Virus record (IMG/VR): IMGVR_UViG_3300032323_000845
Span: 1-48,497 of that record
Length of the DNA: 48,497 nucleotides
From: a virus
Lineage: Duplodnaviria; Caudoviricetes
Direction: 5' to 3' (one strand)
Made by a program: the position numbers and the translations under genes. Shown piece after piece: positions 10,101-20,594 of the stretch. The notes under the pieces are model-generated. The model was not told where the DNA came from. It made no database searches and worked only from the letters and a program-made list of their open reading frames with translations. Numbering within the stretch: position 1 is the first letter of the stretch; the number at the start of each line of letters is the position of its first letter.

Positions 10101-12635
10101 ACTGGTCAATATGGATATGTACAGGCTTACAATATTGGTACAAAAGTTCTTACCGTGTATAGAGAAAGTGACGATCAACCCGGTTGGGATCATATTACAC
10201 CGGGCACTCCGTCTGCACCGTTGTTTAATACAGGCACCAGATATAGAATTGAACCTAGACCTATATTTTCGCATCCAGGATTTACATCTGTTACCAGAAC
10301 GCTGGCAGTAGCTAATAGTTGGGCCTCAGCAGTATACGGAGAAACCAGCGGGACATTTACTGGAATATCAGGAACAGCAGGTACTGGCACAACTATCGGA
10401 GTGGTTCCTGTAGCAGCAGTATTCACTGTAACAAAAACTGGAAGAACTTATTCAGTTGCAGTGACCAACGGTGGAGCAGGATATGCTGTTGGTAACACAA
10501 TAGTGATAGATGGCAGTGTAGTAGGAGGTACATCAATTGAACACGATATTACACTCACGGTTACCGACATATCAGACGACAGTACTAATTCGATATTAGC
10601 AGTATCGGCAGATGCTACAAATATTGCCTCTAGCGGCAAGTTTGTATTAGCTCCGTCAAGCGGACACTTCACGCGATATTCGTCCGACGGCGATACTTGG
10701 GTTGCTGCCGATTTACCTACAGATGGCAACTGGCGTTGTTTAGCAGCTGGGGATAATAAATTTGTAGCTATTTCTTCAGGCACCGCAGATGCAGCCAGCA
10801 GCATCGATGGAGTGACATGGGTTGCAAGATCGATGCCGTCATCGAGAAATTGGAATTCTGTAGTATACGGAAAACCTTCTACAGTAACACAAGGAATTTT
10901 TGTAGCTGTTGCAGGTAATTTAAATTCTGCAGCCTATAGTACTAATGGCACAACGTGGTCTGCATCCACAATGCCTACAATTGGTGATTCTACAATAAAC
11001 GAATGGGTAGATATTGCTTTTGGTTATAATCAATTTGTAGCGATTGCAAATTCAGGAAATATAGCAGCAGTAGGAACTTGGAACGGCACTACACTAACTT
11101 GGCAAGGCACGATAATGGACGTGATAGCAGATAGTTCTGCGAAGAATTGGGTTAGTGTAGCCTATGGCAATCAGAGATTCGTGGCTGTGAGCAGTACCGG
11201 GGATGCAGGCTACAGTTTTGACGGGTTAGTTTGGTATCCAGCTACAATGCCGTCACAGGATGGCAGCACTGCACATAATTGGAGTCAAATACGTTATGGT
11301 CAAGGTGTATTTTTTGCAGTAGGAAACACTGGGGGGCTTACTGTAGGAGCGGAACCAACTGCAGGTCCAACAACCTATGTAGCTACATCATATGACGGCA
11401 TTGTTTGGACTCCAAGAACTTTATCCGATTCTCAGGACTGGGCTGTTGTTGCGTTTGGAAATCCCGACGTCACGTTAGGCGATAGTACAGTCAGCAATAG
11501 TCGAGGCACTTGGATTACAGCACCTAGTACTTCTAGTCAGATAGTGAATAAGATCTATACTGGTGCTAGGGCTATAGGTAGAGTGCAAGCAGCAGGAATT
11601 TCTATCAATGAGATTACTATACTTGAACCCGGTAGCGGATATTTCAGCGATCCTGTATTAACAATAGTAGACCCTAATGCAAGTACACCAGCACGGTTTA
11701 GACCTAGAATAGCAGATGGAGTATTGGCTCAACCAACATTTACCAGCAAAGGCGCAGCATATAAAACCAGTACAACTTTTATAACAGTTAGCGGTGACGG
11801 ATTTGCAGATGTTACTCCTAACGGAAAATTTATAACATTAGACGGGCTGACAGTGATGCCAGGACCTGGCGCACAGTTTTACATAGCTGGCAATCCTACT
11901 TTTTTCACAGCTGTGATAGTTGGAATTGATGAAACAATTCAAGCGAACGGCACTACGCGGTCTACTTTTCAAATCAGTCCTGCTGCAAATCTAGGAAATT
12001 TCTTAGAGCACGGCATGGAAGTGATAATTAGAGAACGTTATAGTCAAGTTCGTATCACAGGACATGATTTCTTAGATATAGGAACTGGAAATTTCCTAGA
12101 AACTAACTACCCTGTGTTGTATTCAAACTACGACTATGTTCCGGTACCATTCCAAGAAGTACAAAATCTCAATGGTGGTAAGGTATTTTATACCAGTACT
12201 GATCAAAGCGGAAATTTCCGAGCTGGCGACTTATTTGCAGTAGAACAAGCTACAGGTATTATTACTATTAGTGCAGACTTTTTTGATCTGTCAGGCTTAA
12301 CAGAATTGAGACTAGGCGGAATCAGCGTAGGATCCACAGCAATAGTTCGCGAATTCAGCAAAGATCCGTTGTTCTTGCAGAATTCTAACAGTGTAATTCC
12401 TACACAGCGAGCTGTAAGATCATTCTTAGCATCGAGATTGAACATCGGTGGTGAAGATCTGTTAACTCCTAGTATTACAGCAGGGTTAGTAAGAGTAGGA
12501 CCAAATTTGATCGATAACACAGCAGACTTTACTATAGATATTCCTGTAGTAGCTGATATCTCGGGTCAAGGTGCAGGAGTGTCGGGTGCTATGTTGGCAC
12601 AGGCTATGTTTTATAGAAGTTTTAAAGATGATTGA
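7107..12635 (+). CDS. Giant virion fibre/appendage protein (1842 aa): N-terminal carbohydrate-binding-like repeats, beta-helix-like core, Asp-box/BNR propeller repeats
   Basis: Tandem W...Y..GDVV.Y.G..Y.C...H repeats; SxDGxTW Asp-boxes; C-terminal YSQVRITGHDFLDIGTGNF shared with 12674. Confidence 0.8.
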   Translation: MAEFRISRFRYTWEGNWATAVAYNRDDVVYYRGSAWVCLRQHTSSAFNADLTFIPAGQTLATPAWVKMSEGRAFLGIWTADTLYEPNDLILHGGNLYACIVSHTSTEFFNTNINNWEVFATGHNFRNTWTAAARYLVGDVVRYNGYTYQCVLEHIAGSASQGIIVGNNDIQDDSTGETWQVTLENYTYVGTYSTSTRYRRNDLVKYGASILKCINEHTPDPLVANISNQNFVMYLPGYEFTNDWSASRIYAIGDVVRYGGNLYAANTNHTGNQPGVNESFQDSVLNANWTLIHKGINFRGEYNPNNNTAYQEGDVVRRGGALWVSLTNQFGDDSSLRPLDTSNWQLVLAAQNFRGSWRNDSIYSIYDVVYFRGTTYYATIPHLSTFENFPGDSGSGFNYWTILVIGDQNAALNVLGDVLTYNFQRNILEDSSIQFVLGDTSTIGPASISIGATDQLITVENAEGDIGYATWGNVERIFFVRTNGVDDAADPDRGINFLKPYKTLRFALEQADDEYEGFTSIKLSTGEYQEVLPLVVPRRTAIIGEELRSVTIKAAEATAAGDAVYTLALLVRIGTLLPNIIQGLAVSPTVGNTVAQSISVPATNAEAVIAGQIWGSIVDTINYRLTNTGSQPALTGSNTETSVLNRIRARNILENNRQFIQAEAVAYMALTYSSYNYNREQYINNLNRFIDAAIYDLRYPGNYKSVMAGRYYSNTVTGSALEDMFYVRDTTGIRNVTLRGLEGTLPAIAEGDTYSIPTGGAFVSLDPGWGPADQRVWITNRSCYVQNVTTFGTGAVGQKVDGNLHNGGNRSIVSNDFTQVISDGIGAWMLNGGRGELVSVFSYYAHIGMFAQSGGIIRATNGNSSYGDFGAVADGIDPTETVRVASVNTRTTPARVAAAFAGEVNDFILAVEFEHAGQEYTTASYDIVSSGVGAVAIQEEFRDNSMFVCYTLNGGIGYTRVGNQAQAGGPTTIVLAAAESVTEAAILGKRIIITSGVGTGQYGYVQAYNIGTKVLTVYRESDDQPGWDHITPGTPSAPLFNTGTRYRIEPRPIFSHPGFTSVTRTLAVANSWASAVYGETSGTFTGISGTAGTGTTIGVVPVAAVFTVTKTGRTYSVAVTNGGAGYAVGNTIVIDGSVVGGTSIEHDITLTVTDISDDSTNSILAVSADATNIASSGKFVLAPSSGHFTRYSSDGDTWVAADLPTDGNWRCLAAGDNKFVAISSGTADAASSIDGVTWVARSMPSSRNWNSVVYGKPSTVTQGIFVAVAGNLNSAAYSTNGTTWSASTMPTIGDSTINEWVDIAFGYNQFVAIANSGNIAAVGTWNGTTLTWQGTIMDVIADSSAKNWVSVAYGNQRFVAVSSTGDAGYSFDGLVWYPATMPSQDGSTAHNWSQIRYGQGVFFAVGNTGGLTVGAEPTAGPTTYVATSYDGIVWTPRTLSDSQDWAVVAFGNPDVTLGDSTVSNSRGTWITAPSTSSQIVNKIYTGARAIGRVQAAGISINEITILEPGSGYFSDPVLTIVDPNASTPARFRPRIADGVLAQPTFTSKGAAYKTSTTFITVSGDGFADVTPNGKFITLDGLTVMPGPGAQFYIAGNPTFFTAVIVGIDETIQANGTTRSTFQISPAANLGNFLEHGMEVIIRERYSQVRITGHDFLDIGTGNFLETNYPVLYSNYDYVPVPFQEVQNLNGGKVFYTSTDQSGNFRAGDLFAVEQATGIITISADFFDLSGLTELRLGGISVGSTAIVREFSKDPLFLQNSNSVIPTQRAVRSFLASRLNIGGEDLLTPSITAGLVRVGPNLIDNTADFTIDIPVVADISGQGAGVSGAMLAQAMFYRSFKDD

Positions 12636-12649
12636 TAATTTGTTTAGCA

Positions 12650-12655
12650 TAAATA
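12650..12655 (+). promoter_or_regulatory. Late promoter TAAATA with a short leader and GGAG RBS
   Basis: GCATAAATA...GCGGAG...ATG 12674. Confidence 0.65.
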
Positions 12656-12673
12656 TCACAAGCGGAGTTAATA

Positions 12674-15600
12674 ATGGCAGAATTTAAATTAGGTAGAATC
12701 AGATTTGTATGGAAGGCAGCTTGGGTAACAGGCACTACATACTACAAAGACGATGTGGTGAGATTTGGCGGAAAAGTATATGTCTGTCAAATAGGACACA
12801 CTGCATCTGCTGATTTCAACACAGATCTTGACATAAATCCCACCAAGTGGAATTTGATGAGTGACGGCCAACGTTGGAGAGACCAATGGGCCGTGAACAC
12901 CACTTATCAAGAAGGTGATCTTGTTAAGTACGGCGGCACAGTTTACACCTGTGTTGACGGACATACTTCCGCTGCAACAATTACTCTAGGATTAGAAGCT
13001 AACTCCGGAGATTGGAATCAATTTGTTGAAGGCACAGACTGGAAAGGTGTGTGGACTGTTTCAACAAGATACAAACTCAACGATATAGTAAGATACGGCG
13101 GTATCAACTATATCTGTATCACAGGTCATACCAGCGCAGCTACCGCAGCTTTGGGATTAGAAAACGCATCTGCTAACTGGCAAGTTTATTCACAAGGTCA
13201 AGAATATTTAGGAGATTGGATAACTGCTACTAGATATAAACTTAATGACATAGTAAAATATGGCGCAGGACTTTGGATCTGTACTACTCAGCATACAGCC
13301 GCCGCAGCATTTGCAACAGATAGTGCAAATTGGGCTCAGTATGTTGAAGGGTTTGAATACGAAACTGCGTGGAATACCGGCACTGCATATCAACCAGGCG
13401 ATGTAGTTAAGTACGGCGGCAATAATTACATAGCTAAAACACAACATACTAACTCGAATCCTCTCACTGGCACTACAAACTGGGATCTATTCTCAGAAGG
13501 ATTGAGTTATCAATCAGATTGGGCCAACACAACATCTTATAAAATAGGCGAAGTTGTTAAGCTCAACGGTTACAATTATTTGGCTGTTGCAGACAGTCCT
13601 AGCAACGCCTATACAGTTACAGCTGTAACAGCGTCTAACGATCAGTTCACTATAGCATCAACTACAGGTATTGTAGTAGGCATGACAGTAAGATTCACTG
13701 GTTCAACATTCGGTAATGTTTTCACCACAGCTAGATATTATGTGAAAACAGTAGCAGCAGGCAATATCACTATCAGTGCCACTCCAGGCGGCGCAACATT
13801 TAATATCACAGCAGATGCTGCAGGCACAATGACTGCTACGGTATCAGCCGAGCCTCCAAACACCACATACTGGGCCGCAGTCAGCCACGGTATATTTTGG
13901 AGAGGCGAGTGGCTCGACGATAGAGAATACAATCTAGGCGATGCAGTACGACTTGGATCAAATTCATATATCTGTGTGCTGGCACACAGATCAGATGGCG
14001 ATGACGGTAGCACACTGGGCATACAGGGCGGCGGCCAGTCTAACAGCCGACCAGATCTTGACGCTACAGGCACATATTGGAATTTACTAACCATTGGCAG
14101 TGAAACTTCGGTGTTGACTACAGTCGGTGATATGGTATATTACGGTGGCGCTGGCCCTACAAGATTGCCAGTAGGCACAGAAGGGCAAATACTGCGTGTA
14201 AGTGCAGAAGGTATTCCTGAATGGGCTACATTGGGCAACACTGCACAAGTTTATTATGTAGCTCCTCACGGGGATGATCGTCCATTTCCGGCTTGTGGTA
14301 ACACCCTTGACAAGCCATGGGCCAGTATTAGATATGCATGCGAACAGATCGAAAAAGGTCCAAGAAATCCCAATGCACAGCACCTATTAGAGTTGAATAG
14401 AGCGTTTATACAGCGAGAAATATCTGCTTGGATACGCTATCAAATCACTAACAACATAAGCCCATTTAGTAGTGTTACTGTAACATCTATAACAGGCACT
14501 AACACGCTTAACACCACTCTTGCTCACGGGTTAATTGCCGGTCGAACACTAAGAGCTAAAACAACAGCCAATGGTGTAGTAGCAGAGAGAAATTATTATG
14601 TAATTGCTGATGGGTTAACATCTACTGCATTTAGATTATCACTAACTGAAAACGGTACTGCAATTTCAACTTTTGTTAACGGTACTGGTTTAACTATAAA
14701 TCTTACATTCGACTACGATGAATACAAGTGCGAGCGTGATGTTGGATTTATCATCGATAGATTAATTTGGGATATCGGACACGGCGGAAACTTAAAAACT
14801 CGTGCCGCCGCTTTTAGTTTGTTAGGTGCATTTGGCGAAGCCGGAGAATTCTCCGCGCCAGAAGAAAGCACACCGTATGTAACATTGGCTGCAGAAGCAG
14901 ACGAAGGCGTTGCAGCCTACGAACAATTAAAATTGTTGGTAGCAGATGTATTAGCCAACGAAGCTCCGACCACTGTGTATCAAAACGTAGGACAAGATTC
15001 TACTGCGGTAGTTGCACAATATATCAACACAGATTACGTGGCAGAGCCAGGTATTACTACAACCACTGACGACTTAATTGACATTGTTATTACAGCACTT
15101 ACAGATCAAATCACAGATAATCTGCCAGCAAGGAGTGTTCCTAACGCTACTATTAATATCAAGACAGGTACCTACAGAGAAGTATTACCAATCATAGTAC
15201 CTGCTGAAACTGTGGTTATAGGTGATGAAGTTAGATCAACTAATGCAGGCCCTGCAGGCAGTCTCATCGATGTCAGTGACGTAAAATACAGCATAGGTTC
15301 ACTAACAAGACTGGAAACTGTAGTTGGTCAAATTATTCTAGGAACAAATGTAACTGAAAGTGCAGGCAATGCTGCCACACAGAGTGCAGTGTTTCCATTT
15401 GCCAGTTCGACAGAAGTAACTTCTGTAAAACAACTGGTTAGAATGATGCAACATCAGATTGATTATCGTGTGGGAACCACAGAAATGGTTAGTTCTGCAG
15501 ACCCTACAGGATACAACACTACATTCCTATCAGGATTTAGGGACGCAAGAACATTACTGCGTGAAAACAAAGAATTTATCAAAGAAGAAATTACTGCGTT

Positions 15601-18600
15601 TTTAACTGCAAATTACAGTTCAGTAAAATACAGTAAGACTAAATGCAAGAGAGATGTGGCATTTATCATTGATGCAATGGGCTATGATTTAACCTATGGT
15701 GGAAAATGGGCTACTTTAGTAGCTGGCACAGCCTACTTCGACGGTGACAACAGCACAGCATTACAGATTGACAGCACAGAAATCGCTGCTACTGTAGCTG
15801 CTTACGGCAGATTAAAGACAGTGGTACAAGAAATCATTGCTAATACCACAGTAACAAGATCTGCTACTAATACGGCAATCCAGTGGACAGACAGTACAAA
15901 CTTGTCAGGTGGTTCTGCTGCTAATGCTACCGTGGGTGCATTGGTAGATATTATCACTAATATCATACAAGGCGATTCCACCGAGTCCACAACTCCGCAG
16001 ATCAATGTCACTACTATAGCTGGTACAAACACACTTACCTCTAATACTCACGGATTAGCAGTAGGCGATGCAGTAGTTCCAAGAATCACTGCCAACGGGT
16101 TAGTTAACGGTACCAAATATTGGGTAGTAGGTACGGTCGACGCTAATACATTCCAACTTGCAGCCACATACGGCGGCAGCGTGTTAGCATCATTTACCAA
16201 CGGCACTGGTCTTGACATTGATTTAGAAATCATAGATTATCCAACTGCTACCGATGCTGTAACATCAACCACTGCGTTGATATCAGCCGCGGTGACATTG
16301 GATGCTGCACAAGAAACTATAGTTACTGCTGCTACTACATATATTGCTACAACTTTCCCTACATTAGTTTATAACTCGGCCAAATGTCAACGTGACGTAA
16401 GACTGATTTTAGAAGCAGTGATGTTTGACTTTATGTTTAACAGCAACTTTAAAACTAGAGAAGCTGCTTACTCATATTTGAGAGCCACAGCTGCTGATGT
16501 ATTCACATTGAATCAGAAGACTGCTACCAGAGCTTCGTTCACTTATGTTAAAGGATTAGCCTTAGCTAACGTAGGCGGTAATGCCACTGCTCAGGCTCGT
16601 ATTGAAACATTAATGACCATGCTAGATGACATAGTGTTTGGTGCAACTAATAATGGTAGTATCTGTCAGACTGATGTACGTGCAGCTGATTATGCAAGAC
16701 TGCAATTAGAACGCAACAGAGACTATTTGGTCAGAGAAATCACAGCCTACGGCGCAGCTACTTACACAACTTCAGTGAGTGCTACTACTGGAGCTACAGA
16801 TGTATTCACTTGTGCCAGCACCAGTTGGATGCAGCGCGGCGCTCCGATTAGATTCACCGGAACTGTGTTCGGTGGTGTTAACACCACAACAACTTATTAC
16901 ATACAAAACGTAGTAAGCGCCACAACTTTTAAAATTTCAACAACTCGCAACAGTAATACAGCTTTCGATATTTCAGCTAATGGATCAGGGTCAATGACCG
17001 TGAGTTTGTATTATGTAGTTGGCTCTTGTGAGCGTGATGTAAATGCCTACTTAGACGCAATAAAATTTGACATTCAGTATCCTGGCAATTACAAATCAAG
17101 ATTAGCAGCAAGATACTATGCTAACGCAGTAAGAGGCAGTCTAGAAGAAGACATGTATTATCTACGCAACGGTACCGGGGTGAGAAATCAAACACTTCAG
17201 GGACTAACTGGAGACTTGCTTGCTCCAAACGCCTATGGTACATCGAGGGTTAGTGCAGGTGCATACTGCTCATTAGATCCAGGATGGGGTCCAGATGACT
17301 TCCGCACTTGGATTATCAGTAGATCCCCATACGTACAAAACGTTACTACATTTGGTACCGCTGCTATAGGTCAAAAGATCGACGGTGCTCTGCATAATGG
17401 TGGTAATGATTCTATTGTTTCCAACGACTTTACACAGGTTATCAGTGACGGTATTGGTGCTTGGGTAACTAACAACGGTCGTGCAGAACTTGTTTCAGTG
17501 TTCTCATACTACGCACACATAGCATACCTGTCTGAAGCAGGCGGTCGTATGAGAGCTACTAACGGTAACAACTCATACGGAGATTTTGGTTCAGTAGCAG
17601 AAGGATTTGATGTTACAGAAACACCTATAGTCTGTGAAGTTGATAATCGTGCATTTAATGCCACAGTGGGTAGTGTACTTACAGATGGCGTTAATGAAGT
17701 CTTTCAATTAGAATACGACAATGCAGGTACAGACTATACAGAACAGATTTGGTCAGTGAGCGGCGGCGGCAGTGGTGCAGAAGTAGAGCAAGATGAATTC
17801 CGTGACGGCGCAGTATTTCAAGTGCGCCTCATAGATAACGTAGACGACTCTGCCACAGCCCCAGAAGTTGACGGCAATTTTGGTGGTAGCGGATATCTTA
17901 GCAACGCTAACACAGCTCAGTCAGGATCAACTACACAGCTGACAATAGCTGCTGTAGACGACGAAATCACAGGAGCATATGTAGGTATGAAGCTGCTGAT
18001 TACCAGCGGCGCAGGAGCAGGACAAGTAGGTATTATTTCATCATACACAGCAGCTACCAAAGTAGCTACTGTTATCAAAGAAAGCACTGGAGGCGCAGGC
18101 TGGGATCATGTTATCCCAGGCAAAGCAATTGTATCACCAGATGCTGCCAGTACCTATTTGATTGAACCTAGAGTATCGTTCACTTCTCCTACCTACACAA
18201 GTACAGCAAGAACTTTAGCTACAGCACAGACTTACACTGATGCAGTGTATTCTCCTACTTTTGCTGTTTACTCACCAGTATCAGGGACCACCAGCGGCAG
18301 CGGTGTATCTGCTACATTTACTGTGGTAAGAAAAGGCACAAAATATTCAGCAGTGAATATTGTTGCAGCCGGCACAGGATATGCAAGATTAAACACCGTT
18401 ACTATTGCTGGTACTGCTCTTGGAGGTGCCAGCCCTACTAATAATATCACACTTACTATCACCGCAGTCAGCACAGCTGGCGCAATACAGGCTTTTGAAT
18501 TTGTAGGCTACGGCAGTGGTGGTGCATATGCTGCAATCAGCAGCGGTAGTAGAAATGTCAATATCTCTACCAACGGCACTTCATGGACAGCATCAACTAC

Positions 18601-20581
18601 AGCACTGCCCAGCACTTCAAACTGGGTATCAGTGGCACAAGGTCGACTCACTGTATCAGAAGCTGCTGGTGGATTTGTAGTTGGTCGTGGTTATCAAATA
18701 ACAAATTTAGGATCCACAGTGTTTACCAGCATAGGAGCCGCAGCAAACTTAGTAGGAACATACTTTGTGGCTACAGGTGTGGGTTCAGGAACTGGCACAG
18801 CAACACCAATAGCTAATCATTTAGTAGCTGTTTCATCTAGCACTACAGTGAATGCCTACAGTGTAGACGGTGGATCAACTTGGACAGCCGGTGGCGCATT
18901 ACCAATTGGTATGTCAGGCATAGCAGTTAGTGTGGCCTACGGTGTATACAATGGCAATGGCAGATGGGTAGCTATAGGAACCACAGGCGCCAGCTGCTTT
19001 AGTACTAATGGCGGGATTACATGGACCGCAGGCGGAGCAATGCCAAGCCCAGGATCGGGTACATACAGCAGTGTAGCATACGGTCAAGAAAGATGGGTAG
19101 CCACTACTATAGGAGACGCTATCACGGCATACTCCACAGACGGTGGTGCAACCTGGACCGCAGGCGGCGGGCTACCATCAAGTTCAAATTGGCTCAGTGT
19201 AACATATGGTGCAAACAAATTTATTGCTGTCAGTGATGACGGTACTAAGAGCCCTGCATACTCTGTAAACGGTGGAGCCACTTGGTCAAGCACCGGAGTT
19301 ACTGGTTGGTTAAATCAAACAGTGACCCGTGTAACTTACGGACAGGGAGTATTTGTAGCCTGTAATTCAACCAGTAACAACATGGTGAGTTCTGAGGATG
19401 GAATTAATTGGACCACAAGAGCAATAACTCGGGCCAGCGGCACAGGTGCGCTGGAAGCAATCAATGGCAATCCTAATCAAATCAGTACTTGGGCGATTAT
19501 ACCATCAGCTTCAACCACAGCAGCATCTAGTGCAGTTCTAGGAGCCACAGCTAAAGCTCGTGCATATGTTGCAGATGGAAAAATATTTGCAATTAGAGTA
19601 ACAGAGCCAGGATCTTCTTATTCCTCAGCACCTACCGTTACAATTACAGATCCTAATAATCTGTTTGAAGCACCTACTGTAGTTAGAATCGGCAACGGAG
19701 CCATGTCTAATCCTAGCTTTATTTCTCGAGGCACAGGGTTTGATGCTGCTATTGCAGAACAAGACATAGGAAACGGCTACGCAGATGATTTCCAAAGTGG
19801 AAAATTCATGGCTGTACGCAGACTTACAGGTATTCCTAACAGCGGAGCTAACGTGGTGTTTGCTTCTCAACCCGATACAGTGTACAAATTAGTACAGGTA
19901 TTGTCGCCTTCAGGTACATTCGACGGCGCTCGAGGAGCATTCTTTCAGCTATCGCCAACCATGGAGGTATTTAATTCACCACCAAATGGCACAGCTATTA
20001 CCACTAGAATCAGATACAGTCAGGTTAGATTAACTGGTCATGATTTCTTAGATATCGGTACAGGGAATTTTGTAGAAACCAACTATCCAGGACTGCCTAC
20101 ACAACCTGCTATACAAGCAAACGAAACTGTGGACAGTAATGGCGGTCGTGTGTTTTATACATCAACAGACCAAGACGGTAACTTCAGAGTTGGTGAGTTG
20201 TTTACTATTGAACAGAGTACTGGTGTTGCAACATTAAATGCAGATGCTTTTAATATTGCAGGATTGTCAGAACTAAGTTTGGGAAATATCACACTAGGCG
20301 GTAATTCAGCTACAGTTACTGAATTTTCCACAGATCCATTCTTAACAGCAAATTCGGACAATGTGGTCTCAACTCAACGAGCTATTAAGTCCTATATATC
20401 TGCGCAGATTGGTGGAGGCGGAGCCAGCTTGAACGTAAATAGCATTATAGCTGGATTTGTGCAGATCAACGGATCACAGATCACTACCACCACAGGTGGA
20501 ACCATTCAGATGAAGGCTACCTTTAACTTCCAATCAGGAATAAAAGGTTACCCCATAGCTTGGAATTATTTCTTAACATAA
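12674..20581 (+). CDS. Giant virion fibre/appendage protein (2635 aa), paralogue of 7107 with extra helical and beta-domain repeats
   Basis: Same architecture as 7107, with near-identical blocks (SIVSNDFTQVISDGIGAW, GGxVFYTSTDQxGNFR); four CxRD helical repeats. Confidence 0.82.
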   Translation: MAEFKLGRIRFVWKAAWVTGTTYYKDDVVRFGGKVYVCQIGHTASADFNTDLDINPTKWNLMSDGQRWRDQWAVNTTYQEGDLVKYGGTVYTCVDGHTSAATITLGLEANSGDWNQFVEGTDWKGVWTVSTRYKLNDIVRYGGINYICITGHTSAATAALGLENASANWQVYSQGQEYLGDWITATRYKLNDIVKYGAGLWICTTQHTAAAAFATDSANWAQYVEGFEYETAWNTGTAYQPGDVVKYGGNNYIAKTQHTNSNPLTGTTNWDLFSEGLSYQSDWANTTSYKIGEVVKLNGYNYLAVADSPSNAYTVTAVTASNDQFTIASTTGIVVGMTVRFTGSTFGNVFTTARYYVKTVAAGNITISATPGGATFNITADAAGTMTATVSAEPPNTTYWAAVSHGIFWRGEWLDDREYNLGDAVRLGSNSYICVLAHRSDGDDGSTLGIQGGGQSNSRPDLDATGTYWNLLTIGSETSVLTTVGDMVYYGGAGPTRLPVGTEGQILRVSAEGIPEWATLGNTAQVYYVAPHGDDRPFPACGNTLDKPWASIRYACEQIEKGPRNPNAQHLLELNRAFIQREISAWIRYQITNNISPFSSVTVTSITGTNTLNTTLAHGLIAGRTLRAKTTANGVVAERNYYVIADGLTSTAFRLSLTENGTAISTFVNGTGLTINLTFDYDEYKCERDVGFIIDRLIWDIGHGGNLKTRAAAFSLLGAFGEAGEFSAPEESTPYVTLAAEADEGVAAYEQLKLLVADVLANEAPTTVYQNVGQDSTAVVAQYINTDYVAEPGITTTTDDLIDIVITALTDQITDNLPARSVPNATINIKTGTYREVLPIIVPAETVVIGDEVRSTNAGPAGSLIDVSDVKYSIGSLTRLETVVGQIILGTNVTESAGNAATQSAVFPFASSTEVTSVKQLVRMMQHQIDYRVGTTEMVSSADPTGYNTTFLSGFRDARTLLRENKEFIKEEITAFLTANYSSVKYSKTKCKRDVAFIIDAMGYDLTYGGKWATLVAGTAYFDGDNSTALQIDSTEIAATVAAYGRLKTVVQEIIANTTVTRSATNTAIQWTDSTNLSGGSAANATVGALVDIITNIIQGDSTESTTPQINVTTIAGTNTLTSNTHGLAVGDAVVPRITANGLVNGTKYWVVGTVDANTFQLAATYGGSVLASFTNGTGLDIDLEIIDYPTATDAVTSTTALISAAVTLDAAQETIVTAATTYIATTFPTLVYNSAKCQRDVRLILEAVMFDFMFNSNFKTREAAYSYLRATAADVFTLNQKTATRASFTYVKGLALANVGGNATAQARIETLMTMLDDIVFGATNNGSICQTDVRAADYARLQLERNRDYLVREITAYGAATYTTSVSATTGATDVFTCASTSWMQRGAPIRFTGTVFGGVNTTTTYYIQNVVSATTFKISTTRNSNTAFDISANGSGSMTVSLYYVVGSCERDVNAYLDAIKFDIQYPGNYKSRLAARYYANAVRGSLEEDMYYLRNGTGVRNQTLQGLTGDLLAPNAYGTSRVSAGAYCSLDPGWGPDDFRTWIISRSPYVQNVTTFGTAAIGQKIDGALHNGGNDSIVSNDFTQVISDGIGAWVTNNGRAELVSVFSYYAHIAYLSEAGGRMRATNGNNSYGDFGSVAEGFDVTETPIVCEVDNRAFNATVGSVLTDGVNEVFQLEYDNAGTDYTEQIWSVSGGGSGAEVEQDEFRDGAVFQVRLIDNVDDSATAPEVDGNFGGSGYLSNANTAQSGSTTQLTIAAVDDEITGAYVGMKLLITSGAGAGQVGIISSYTAATKVATVIKESTGGAGWDHVIPGKAIVSPDAASTYLIEPRVSFTSPTYTSTARTLATAQTYTDAVYSPTFAVYSPVSGTTSGSGVSATFTVVRKGTKYSAVNIVAAGTGYARLNTVTIAGTALGGASPTNNITLTITAVSTAGAIQAFEFVGYGSGGAYAAISSGSRNVNISTNGTSWTASTTALPSTSNWVSVAQGRLTVSEAAGGFVVGRGYQITNLGSTVFTSIGAAANLVGTYFVATGVGSGTGTATPIANHLVAVSSSTTVNAYSVDGGSTWTAGGALPIGMSGIAVSVAYGVYNGNGRWVAIGTTGASCFSTNGGITWTAGGAMPSPGSGTYSSVAYGQERWVATTIGDAITAYSTDGGATWTAGGGLPSSSNWLSVTYGANKFIAVSDDGTKSPAYSVNGGATWSSTGVTGWLNQTVTRVTYGQGVFVACNSTSNNMVSSEDGINWTTRAITRASGTGALEAINGNPNQISTWAIIPSASTTAASSAVLGATAKARAYVADGKIFAIRVTEPGSSYSSAPTVTITDPNNLFEAPTVVRIGNGAMSNPSFISRGTGFDAAIAEQDIGNGYADDFQSGKFMAVRRLTGIPNSGANVVFASQPDTVYKLVQVLSPSGTFDGARGAFFQLSPTMEVFNSPPNGTAITTRIRYSQVRLTGHDFLDIGTGNFVETNYPGLPTQPAIQANETVDSNGGRVFYTSTDQDGNFRVGELFTIEQSTGVATLNADAFNIAGLSELSLGNITLGGNSATVTEFSTDPFLTANSDNVVSTQRAIKSYISAQIGGGGASLNVNSIIAGFVQINGSQITTTTGGTIQMKATFNFQSGIKGYPIAWNYFLT

Positions 20582-20594
20582 ACGGAGAACAAAA

